Notes: generated by a model from the sequence alone, not told the origin. 64,000 nucleotides of DNA from Gammaproteobacteria bacterium (GCA_965222615.1 CBDCUI010000008.1:96001-160000), one strand, 5' to 3'; shown: positions 10,330 to 17,969, counted from the stretch's first letter. Made by a program: numbers and translations.

Positions 10330-11457
10330 ATGGCCACAGCACAAAAAAACTTTCATGATCCGTTTGATTACTACATAAGAAAGCTACCAGAACCAGAACG
10401 AGATATTCAAAGAAAGCGTGTCACAGTCAACAATGGCATTATAAAAAGTATCGATAAGCTAACTTATGACACCTTTAAAGTAGTAATTCAATGTGGTGAA
10501 GATGCACCACAAATAGTTTTTAAAGCAGGTCAATACGCGACAATCACAGTACCAGGCTGTAGAAGGCCGCGTTCGTATTCAATTGCCAAGGCACCTGAAA
10601 ATGAAAATCCTAATGAACATACGTTTTTTATTCGTTTAGTGCATGGTGGTAAGCTCTCTAGTTGGATTGCAGGTGATGATCGTGAAGGAGAACATGTAAA
10701 AATATCTGGCCCGCTTGGTAATTTTTCATTGGATCCTTCTGATAAAACCATGGTGTGTATCGCAGGTGGAAGTGGAATGAGTGCGATCAACGCAATTGTT
10801 GAGCATGCCTGTAATTTACAACTTGAACGTGATTGTTATTTCTTTTATGGCGCTAGAACTCAAGCGGATCTCTACCTGCAAGAGGAAATGCAAGATATAC
10901 AAAGACAGTGGAATAAAAATTCCACGTTTACATTCATACCCGTGCTATCAGAAGAAGCAGAAGATAGTGATTGGGATGGTCCTCGTGGGTTTGTTACAGA
11001 TCATTTTAAAGAGGAATATCTAAACAAAGGCGTAGTTTCTGTTAAGAACATTAAAGCGTATTTTTGTGGACCGCCACCAATGATCGATCTTGGGGTTGAG
11101 GCATTAAAAGAAGCGGGGCTTGACGATAGTGATATTTATTATGATAAATTCGAAGATGCCAGATCACCTGCACCTGTAGTTGACAATACGAAGTGTGTTT
11201 TGTGTGATGAGTGCTTGCTGGTTAAACCTGTTCCAAATTGTTTGGTGGAAGCTACAAATTTTAAAACTAATGGTGGTGGAGAAATCACGAGCTTCGATCG
11301 TGTAACACCTGCACAGACTTCAGGTCTCTACTACAACTCGTTGTTTATTGATGAGAATGAATGTATTCGATGTTATGCATGTGTCGATGCTTGCCCTCAT
11401 GATGCGATTTCTGCTGACTATGCTAAAACGCCTAGAACGCTAAGAAAATATAGTTAG
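10330..11457 (+). CDS. FAD/NAD(P)H-binding FNR-family reductase with C-terminal 4Fe-4S dicluster domain
   Basis: RSYSIA, GKLS, AGGSG, FYGAR, CGPPPM; C-terminal CVLCDEC and CIRCYACVDACP. Confidence 0.88.
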   Translation: MATAQKNFHDPFDYYIRKLPEPERDIQRKRVTVNNGIIKSIDKLTYDTFKVVIQCGEDAPQIVFKAGQYATITVPGCRRPRSYSIAKAPENENPNEHTFFIRLVHGGKLSSWIAGDDREGEHVKISGPLGNFSLDPSDKTMVCIAGGSGMSAINAIVEHACNLQLERDCYFFYGARTQADLYLQEEMQDIQRQWNKNSTFTFIPVLSEEAEDSDWDGPRGFVTDHFKEEYLNKGVVSVKNIKAYFCGPPPMIDLGVEALKEAGLDDSDIYYDKFEDARSPAPVVDNTKCVLCDECLLVKPVPNCLVEATNFKTNGGGEITSFDRVTPAQTSGLYYNSLFIDENECIRCYACVDACPHDAISADYAKTPRTLRKYS

Positions 11458-11524
11458 TGAACATATCGCAAGAGGCGCATAGCAAATACCTTCAATAAAA
11501 ATATTTATAATTTGGATAAAAAAT

Positions 11525-11559
11525 AAAGCTGCTGTTGGAATTTCAAGAGCAGCTTTTTT
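11525..11559 (+). terminator. Intrinsic terminator of the Mo-enzyme/reductase operon
   Basis: aaagctgct...agcagctttttt hairpin with T tract. Confidence 0.75.
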
Positions 11560-11648
11560 GTTATAAGGGTTTAATAAAGAATGGATAGCTTGGTGCAGAC
11601 AAGTGTCTAATAATATATACACTTTTATAATTGGCTGGAGTTTTGAGT

Positions 11649-12692
11649 ATGAATTTGAAAATCACATGGTCGGCATTCATTTCTATAGTGCTTATGTCTT
11701 TTTTGATGTATTCAAGTGAAATAAAAATTAGCCAAGCGGCTTCATCTACCCAAAAAGTTCATACGCCAGTTGTTGAAGAAATTGGAGAACTTACAGATGA
11801 AGAACTTCTTAAGTTACAAGATGAATTAAATAAGCCTAAAAAGGAGTCAGGCAAATTCACCGAAGGCGTATTGTGGAAAATAGAAAAAAATAAGGAGTTT
11901 ATAGGTTACTTGTTTGGCACGATTCACATGAATGATAAGAGAGTAAATGAGATTCGCAAGAGCATAATGGGGATATTTGATGAGATGAATAGCTTCGCCA
12001 TGGAGTCTTTTCCTAGTGATCATTACTGGAATCCCTATCATGGTGGTCAAATGATTAAGGGTGATATGACTTTACCAAAAGGGCAAACTTTAGAGCAGTT
12101 GATTGGTAAGGATCTATATAAAAGGGTTGAAGAAGTATTGCTGAATTTGGGTTTAGATCAAGACACAATTTTACATATGAAACCCTGGGCTGCGATGCGG
12201 AGCTTTGCCGTTAAAGCGGAAAATACCGAAGATTTAATTTTGGATTATGAGCTGTTAGATCGTGCGGCTTCACAAAGGAAAGAACTTTACCAAGTTGAAA
12301 GCATAGAAGAATTTTTAGTTACTTTTTATGCAATGCCTCAGGACGTACAAATAAAACTACTTGAATTTACGGTTAATAGCTATGACAAAATGAGAAATAC
12401 GATTAATATGATGCTTGAGGCCTATTTGGAAGAAGATTTGTCTAAGATGTATGAAATCAGTACTAATTTTATTCCTGATAAACCAGAAAACGAACGTTAT
12501 CGACAAACGTATCTAAAACATGTTGTCAAAGATAGAAACATTGTTATGGAGCACTATATGCGTAAACCGATGCGGGAAAAAAAGACGTTTATTGCTGTAG
12601 GCGCACTGCATCTTTATGGCGATCAAGGTATTTTGGCGTTAATGGAACAAGATGGTTACCAAGTTACACGAGTGCCATTGGATAAAATCTAA
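11649..12692 (+). CDS. TraB/GumN family protein
   Basis: LWKIEK..YLFGTIH, KPW, RN..M, FIAVGALHL motifs; signal peptide. Confidence 0.88.
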   Translation: MNLKITWSAFISIVLMSFLMYSSEIKISQAASSTQKVHTPVVEEIGELTDEELLKLQDELNKPKKESGKFTEGVLWKIEKNKEFIGYLFGTIHMNDKRVNEIRKSIMGIFDEMNSFAMESFPSDHYWNPYHGGQMIKGDMTLPKGQTLEQLIGKDLYKRVEEVLLNLGLDQDTILHMKPWAAMRSFAVKAENTEDLILDYELLDRAASQRKELYQVESIEEFLVTFYAMPQDVQIKLLEFTVNSYDKMRNTINMMLEAYLEEDLSKMYEISTNFIPDKPENERYRQTYLKHVVKDRNIVMEHYMRKPMREKKTFIAVGALHLYGDQGILALMEQDGYQVTRVPLDKI

Positions 12693-12717
12693 ACTCAACT
12701 GCTAACTATAGAATGAG

Positions 12718-13353
12718 ATGAGCTGCATAAAAAATGCAATTTTTCTTTTATTACTATATGTAATTATTTGTACTAGTGTGTATGCAGAAGATGATGTAGA
12801 GGATGTTCGATATGTAACAGATGAGCTGGAAATCACTTTACATCGCAATATGAGCTTGAGTAGTGAGATTATCACTCAACTTAAGAGTGGTACTCCTGTA
12901 CGAGTGTTAAAAACTAAACGTGATGAAGGCTATGTATTAGTTGCTACTAAGAATGAAAAAGTTGGTTGGACGTTAGAAAGTTATTTGATTAATGAACCTG
13001 CAGGTCGTGAACAGTATCAAACTTTAAAAAAAGAATATGATAAAATAAAAACTGAATTTGACACTCAGCTTGCACAACGCACAGAAAAACTTACAAAAGA
13101 GGTTGAGAGACTAAAGCGAATTTCAAAATTGCCATTAGAATTGCAAGAAGAAAATCAACGACTAAAAGAAACACTACAACAAGAACGTGCTGAGGTTGAA
13201 AGTATTAAACAAGAAAACCGTGAGTTTAAATCTATACACATGGATCGGCAGTGGCTTATTACGGGTGCAGTAATAGCACTTGGAAGTTTAATACTTGGGT
13301 TAATTATTACTAAGATTCCTTGGAGAAAACGCAAGAGTTGGGGAGAAATTTAA
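12718..13353 (+). CDS. SH3 domain protein, YgiM/TIGR04211 type
   Basis: Signal peptide, RYVTDEL, SH3b GW, coiled coil, C-terminal TM followed by RKRKSW. Confidence 0.85.
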   Translation: MSCIKNAIFLLLLYVIICTSVYAEDDVEDVRYVTDELEITLHRNMSLSSEIITQLKSGTPVRVLKTKRDEGYVLVATKNEKVGWTLESYLINEPAGREQYQTLKKEYDKIKTEFDTQLAQRTEKLTKEVERLKRISKLPLELQEENQRLKETLQQERAEVESIKQENREFKSIHMDRQWLITGAVIALGSLILGLIITKIPWRKRKSWGEI

Positions 13354-13354
13354 A

Positions 13355-13509
13355 AAGGCAACTCAAAATGTATCTAGTGCGTTGATACTACGCTGCAAAA
13401 CTTTCTCAAATGCTCATGTACTATCGTGTACACCCCGCTTCTCGAAAGTTTCGCGCCTTGTCCCTAGTCTAACTAATAAGGGTACTATCTACTATTTTGA
13501 GATATCTTT
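13355..13509. repeat. MITE-like palindromic intergenic element
   Basis: Imperfect terminal IRs (aaaggcaactcaaaatgta / tactattttgagatatcttt); core is the reverse complement of the core of the 33465-33610 element. Confidence 0.6.
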
Positions 13510-13532
13510 TTAATAATATATCCTAGAGTTTT

Positions 13533-14204
13533 TTATATATCCTCCATAATGGCATTCAGTGTTTTAGCCTGATCAATCATTGGTCCTAATGAAGAGATGT
13601 CGGGTACTGACTGTACTCGGTTTTGTATTTGATTTGCTTCGGCCAAGGTATGGTACAAACGTTCAGAATCTTGCTGTGCTAAATCCTGTACCGAATCTAT
13701 TCCTGCATATACCATCAACTCAGAAATCTGCCCTTCTATTCCAGAGATACGCATGAGGTCACACATACTGGCCCATTTGCGTACTACAAAATCTTCTATA
13801 CCTACTTTTTCTGCCACTTGAATGCGTCCCTCTAGATTGCAGCATTTTTCCAATAATTCTTGGGTAGTGGTTATGCCCATTTCACGTATCGATTTGCCAT
13901 AAGACGCACCGATACCTTCTACCTCTTCGATGGGATAAGCTATTGATTCTGTTGGGGTTATTACTTCAGCTAGTGGTTCTGCAATGGTCGCTGTTGTAAT
14001 GGGTGTTTCGGCTGTTGTGCTAGAGAGCTTGCGTTGTAGATCGTCACGTTCACTTTCAATTTTAGCTAACTTGGCCTGCCAACCTTTATCTAATTCAGCA
14101 AGCTCATCTCGGTAGAATAATTTTTTTAACAACCAACCTACAATTGCGCCAATGAGTGCTGCGAGCAATAAACAAAACCACATTTGTTGAATTAAATAAC
14201 TCAT
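13533..14204 (-). CDS. Membrane-anchored DUF4332 (HhH) domain protein
   Basis: N-terminal TM; IEEVEGIG..Y, LLE, W...CDLMRISGI...SEL...AGIDSV.DLA; overlaps the upstream gene by 4 nt. Confidence 0.8.
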   Translation of the reverse strand: MSYLIQQMWFCLLLAALIGAIVGWLLKKLFYRDELAELDKGWQAKLAKIESERDDLQRKLSSTTAETPITTATIAEPLAEVITPTESIAYPIEEVEGIGASYGKSIREMGITTTQELLEKCCNLEGRIQVAEKVGIEDFVVRKWASMCDLMRISGIEGQISELMVYAGIDSVQDLAQQDSERLYHTLAEANQIQNRVQSVPDISSLGPMIDQAKTLNAIMEDI

Positions 14205-15049
14205 GGTTGAAGCCCCTTTACTTTAAATTCAATTCTTCTATTTTTTGCTAAGCCTTCTTCAGTTTCATTGTCAGCAATCGGTTGCGATTCACCATAACCT
14301 ACTGCAGTTAATTGAGAGGAATCGATGCCTTTGCTTACTAGATAAGATAATACTGCGGATGCACGTTCTTGGCTTAGGCGTAGATTGTATTCGTCCTTAC
14401 CCCGTGAGTCTGTATGCCCACCAATCTCGATTTCAGCATCTGGGCATTGTTTAGTAACTTCTACTAAGTCATTGAGCAAATTGTAACTAGATGTCTCAAT
14501 CTCAGCGCTATTGGTCGCAAAGTGAATTTTATTTGTGCTAAGTAATAAGTCGAAGTCTTGTTGGCAAGTGTATTCTGGTAACGGCTCTAATTTAGGTGTC
14601 GCCAGTACCGTTTCTGGTTGTTCAATTGGCAACTCTTCAACTGTTGAGGGCTCTTCTATTATTGGTAGTTCTTCAACAGTAGGAGGTTCTTCTATTATGG
14701 GTGGTTCCTCACTAGTCGTCATAGGTTCTGGTTGTTCGATTACTTCTTCGTCAGGATCTGACTTCGGTATTACTACAACGAGTCGGTTATTAACAGTACG
14801 TACACCATATACATTCTTAACTAATTTCCCCGCCCGTTTTCTTATCTTGTTACTTGCGACTTTACCGGTGAGTGCTACATCGCGGCCATCGATAGATACA
14901 TTTATATCTTTAAGACCTTCTATCGCCAGCGATGCAACCGTGCGTGTTTGAACGTCGTTTTGAATTTCGGTGCGATGTTGATAGATGCAAAAATAACCAA
15001 GAATTGCTAGTAGAGTTAAACCTAGCAATATGATTAAACCTTTACTCAT
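14201..15049 (-). CDS. BON + OmpA-like peptidoglycan-binding membrane protein
   Basis: TM, BON (GRDVALTG..V.GVRTVNN), Glu/Pro linker, OmpA C-terminal domain (GHTDSRG...N..LSQERA..V; NRRIEF). Confidence 0.9.
   Translation of the reverse strand: MSKGLIILLGLTLLAILGYFCIYQHRTEIQNDVQTRTVASLAIEGLKDINVSIDGRDVALTGKVASNKIRKRAGKLVKNVYGVRTVNNRLVVVIPKSDPDEEVIEQPEPMTTSEEPPIIEEPPTVEELPIIEEPSTVEELPIEQPETVLATPKLEPLPEYTCQQDFDLLLSTNKIHFATNSAEIETSSYNLLNDLVEVTKQCPDAEIEIGGHTDSRGKDEYNLRLSQERASAVLSYLVSKGIDSSQLTAVGYGESQPIADNETEEGLAKNRRIEFKVKGLQP
14622..14710 (-). repeat. Degenerate 18/36-bp coding tandem repeat (EEPPII/EEPPTV/EELPII/EEPSTV/EELPIE)
   Basis: Hexapeptide periodicity in the linker between the BON and OmpA domains. 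Confidence 0.75.
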
Positions 15050-15273
15050 CCAACTCCTCCATTACTATTTTTGAAGTATTGTTTTGTAATGTGCACACTG
15101 TAATATTAATCGTTGCAGTGCTAACTTAATATGATGAGCATTTAAATTGTGCTAAGGCTAACCTAATCACATGCTGCTTGCAATAGTGAAATATTGTTAC
15201 AATTTTGTATTAAAAGAGTTTTCTATATTAAATTGTAATAGTAATGACTGTATATAAAAGTTGTTATCGTTTG

Positions 15274-15489
15274 TTAAGTTAGTCTTTCGTAATTAGGAAA
15301 TGTACAAAATAGAATATCTTCTCCAAAATATACTCGTGGAAATATGCTTTGGGGAAGCCACTCTTTTTTCATCTTAACTTTTTCCATTCTACGTTTCGAC
15401 TTATTATTTTTTCGATGTACACAACCTTTAAATAGCAAAGGGTGATTGTATAATGGATTACGTCTGCACAATTTTGCTTTTTTACTCAT
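15274..15489 (-). CDS. Small basic protein, candidate ArfA-like ribosome-rescue factor
   Basis: AGGAGG RBS; 71 aa, K/R-rich core NPLYNHPLLFKG.VHRK; long hairpin within the 3' CDS (15311-15364). Function is inferred. Confidence 0.65.
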   Translation of the reverse strand: MSKKAKLCRRNPLYNHPLLFKGCVHRKNNKSKRRMEKVKMKKEWLPQSIFPRVYFGEDILFCTFPNYERLT

Positions 15490-15505
15490 ATTGACCTCCT
15501 ATCTG

Positions 15506-15742
15506 TTAACTAATTTGAGTTACTTTGCTAAAAGTACCTTCTTGAATAGCTTTATTGATGTATTCCATAAAAAAGATGGTTTTATCCTCTGCTTTCAATA
15601 CATTATCTTCGATATCATTCAATGGCACAGGAAAACTGTATAGCATTTCACTATAAGGTACAGGCACAGCATAGTACGCTACACCTTGCTGGTAACGTAA
15701 AAATTTTGCTTTAGCATTACTGATTATATTGTTAGCTTTCAT
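15506..15742 (-). CDS. Small hypothetical protein (FPVP...ED motif family), paralog 2
   Basis: TAGGTGA RBS; shares F...G..[WY]Y...FPVP...ED....YI with the adjacent ORF. Confidence 0.8.
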   Translation of the reverse strand: MKANNIISNAKAKFLRYQQGVAYYAVPVPYSEMLYSFPVPLNDIEDNVLKAEDKTIFFMEYINKAIQEGTFSKVTQIS

Positions 15743-15780
15743 AGTTCACCTATATAAAACTTCGTATTTAAACAATAAAA

Positions 15781-15999
15781 TTATGCTGCCTTAGCTTTAT
15801 CCAGTTTTTCGGCGTGAGCTTTGATGTATGGATAAAAGCGTTTAGCGCGGTCTTCATTTAAGAAAACCGACTGCCCTGATCCCTTAATTGGTACAGGAAA
15901 TTTAAAACCGCTATCCGTGCGGTACCACAATTTTCCAGACAAGAAAAACATGAAGCGCACGCTTTCATTGTCATTTATGATTTTTTCTAAATTTTTCAT
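15781..15999 (-). CDS. Small hypothetical protein (FPVP...ED motif family), paralog 1
   Basis: TAGGTGA RBS; GKLWYRTDSGFKFPVP...FLNEDRA..FY.YI. Confidence 0.82.
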   Translation of the reverse strand: MKNLEKIINDNESVRFMFFLSGKLWYRTDSGFKFPVPIKGSGQSVFLNEDRAKRFYPYIKAHAEKLDKAKAA

Positions 16000-16081
16000 G
16001 TTGTCACCTATTTAAAAATTGTCCTCTAGTTGGGTCTGTTATATGTGATAAATCGCTAATCTAATAAAATCATTGGGCATG

Positions 16082-16115
16082 AAAAAACCCCGGTGCTCAC
16101 GCTACCGGGGTTTTT
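16082..16115 (-). terminator. Attenuator terminator (3:4 hairpin) in the 5' leader
   Basis: mRNA AAAAACCCCGGU-AGCGUGAGC-ACCGGGGUUUUUU lies upstream of the small-gene operon, not after a known gene. Confidence 0.85.
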
Positions 16116-16151
16116 GATTTAGTCCGGAAGGTGAGCTACGACCTTCCGGTA
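16082..16151 (-). promoter_or_regulatory. Transcription attenuator with mutually exclusive hairpins
   Basis: 1:2 CCGGAAGGU/ACCUUCCGG; 2:3 GCUCACCUUCCGG pairs with CCGGUAGCGUGAGC; 3:4 is the terminator. Confidence 0.75.
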
Positions 16152-16165
16152 TATGGAAAGTCTCG

Positions 16166-16315
16166 CTACAGGATGCTTTTTACCTGCCCAAATATATGCC
16201 TTAGTAAATAGATCGGGCTACAGAGCATCTTGCTACTTGTGCGCATAAACACCACGGTGTTAGCCCATGATAGGGCCCCTGTGCGCAATCTTGTTTTTTG
16301 CATAAAAATATTCAT
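16166..16315 (-). CDS. Putative leader peptide, 49 aa (MNIFMQKTRLRTGALSWANTVVFMRTSSKMLCSPIYLLRHIFGQVKSIL)
   Basis: Manually translated ORF between the promoter and the attenuator; ends in UAG-C about 15 nt before segment 1; alternative ATG at 16303. Confidence 0.5.
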   Translation of the reverse strand: MNIFMQKTRLRTGALSWANTVVFMRTSSKMLCSPIYLLRHIFGQVKSIL

Positions 16316-16352
16316 CGGCGGCGAACTATACTCTTATAAAAATGAATTGCAA
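16316..16352 (-). promoter_or_regulatory. Sigma70-type promoter with GC-rich discriminator
   Basis: TTGCAA-16 nt-TATAGT followed by TCGCCGCCG on the minus strand. Confidence 0.6.
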
Positions 16353-16486
16353 TATTGAATGTAAAAGCTTATTCAAAAAAAATGGCCGTTTATCAGCATT
16401 TTTAACAAGATTTTTTCACGAATCCAACGAATTCGTCTATTGCATAATAGGGTTGGAACAGGCAAACGAGAATTAGTTCCAGTATG

Positions 16487-16978
16487 CTACTGAATAAATT
16501 CCCAGCGCTTATAGCGGATATACTGATGCATTAACTTATAACCCTCTCGAGTTTCATCTGCAGCTTGTTGACTAACGGTTTGCCAAGCAACTTCATTAGC
16601 ATGAGGGAGATTTTTTTTAAGGGCAGTAAGAAACCCAAGATCCTCATTAATTTGGTTGGTGTCTAGATGAGTTTTGTTTTCTGATGTGTAAGTAAGGGTG
16701 CTATTAGAAAAACTACTTTCATTTAGCTTAAAAACCAGTGAAAATGGATTATTGTGAATAGTAGTGAAGTTAAATTCATAGGCCTTACTAAAAGGGGCCC
16801 TCCCAAAAAAGACCGAGGCGTGATTTAACTTTGATTTAGCGATGTTGTTGCCAATTTTTTTATGACTGGCGCTCGAAGCGGTTTGTTCTAGGTGAGAACA
16901 GTTACTAAAGAGCAAGATTGCCGCTAAAACAAAAATAAGCCTTTGAAGAACATATACCTTCATGTAAAACACCTCCAA
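16487..16978 (-). CDS. Hypothetical lipoprotein
   Basis: Hydrophobic N-terminus ending LFSNC; GGAGG precedes the internal ATG (MKVY), so the true start may be 16963. Confidence 0.6.
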   Translation of the reverse strand: MEVFYMKVYVLQRLIFVLAAILLFSNCSHLEQTASSASHKKIGNNIAKSKLNHASVFFGRAPFSKAYEFNFTTIHNNPFSLVFKLNESSFSNSTLTYTSENKTHLDTNQINEDLGFLTALKKNLPHANEVAWQTVSQQAADETREGYKLMHQYIRYKRWEFIQ

Positions 16979-17108
16979 CCGATACTCCAGTGTAAGCCAC
17001 TGTAAAATAAGTGAGCTGATAGGGACGTTAGAAAGCGGTAATTTACAGACAGATGGTGAGGAACCCTACGGTAAGTATGTAAATCTATGATTAATATATA
17101 TGAATTTA

Positions 17109-17969
17109 TTAAGGGATACTCGTGACAGCATAATCTTTTACATATTTTGGTAATGGTTTTTTCTCTCCACTATGCAGTTTTTCTAGCTCTGTAAATATAC
17201 GAATACGGTCTTCTGTAGATGGATGTGTGTTTAAAAAATTTGGTATTTTGGAAGAACCTATAGCTTCATTTTGAATGGATTGAAAAAATTCTGCGGCACC
17301 TGAGGCATGCCCGTAGTATTTTAGCAGTAAATCCGTCGCGGTCTCGTCGGCCGAAGCTTCTTGGTTACGACTGAACGCTAAATTTGCGATGGATGCAGTT
17401 GGACCAAGAAATTGTTGCACAAAATCACTACCATCTGCCCCAACTAAAGCAAGTAAAAATAAGCCGACCACAATGCTTCTACCGGTACTGCGTAAAGGAT
17501 GCCTTTCATAATGATGTGCCATTTCATGTGCTAGCACCATACTGAGTCCATTCTCAGATTCTACTGATTGTAGTAATCCTCTAGTTACTACAATGTGTCC
17601 GCCTGGGACTGCAAAAGCATTTGCATCGTCAAGCGCCGTTACCGCTACAGTAAATTGGTGTTTTGAAAAATTATCTTCAGTGACACTATGCAGTTGATTC
17701 ACTAGTGTTTGCAAATAATGCTGAACTTTTTCTCCCTCAGCACTACTATCAGAAGGAAAAGGCATTATATATACTTTTTCTTTTCCAAATAGAGATTGCT
17801 CATATTCAATTGGAATGTACCCAACCAAATGATCTGCAGCAAACCCAAGAATTATTACTGCTATTAAAACTAACCCAATTGTCCCTGCTGTTAAAATGAA
17901 AAAAGGTTTTAATGGATGTTCAGGGGTTACATTAATTCCTTCTGGAGGTTGAACAGGGGTATATTTCAC
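17109..17969 (-). CDS. M48 family zinc metallopeptidase
   Basis: NAFAVPGG, HEMAH, FSR.QE..AD, THP...RI. Confidence 0.92.
   Translation of the reverse strand: MKYTPVQPPEGINVTPEHPLKPFFILTAGTIGLVLIAVIILGFAADHLVGYIPIEYEQSLFGKEKVYIMPFPSDSSAEGEKVQHYLQTLVNQLHSVTEDNFSKHQFTVAVTALDDANAFAVPGGHIVVTRGLLQSVESENGLSMVLAHEMAHHYERHPLRSTGRSIVVGLFLLALVGADGSDFVQQFLGPTASIANLAFSRNQEASADETATDLLLKYYGHASGAAEFFQSIQNEAIGSSKIPNFLNTHPSTEDRIRIFTELEKLHSGEKKPLPKYVKDYAVTSIP

Noticed and set aside
14535-14951. Ser/Gly repeat ORF on the plus strand
   Set aside because: Antisense shadow of the Glu/Pro linker of the BON-OmpA gene
16120-16150. tRNA-like GGTCGTAGCTCA in the leader
   Set aside because: No T-arm (GTTCRA) or cloverleaf; explained by the attenuator hairpin
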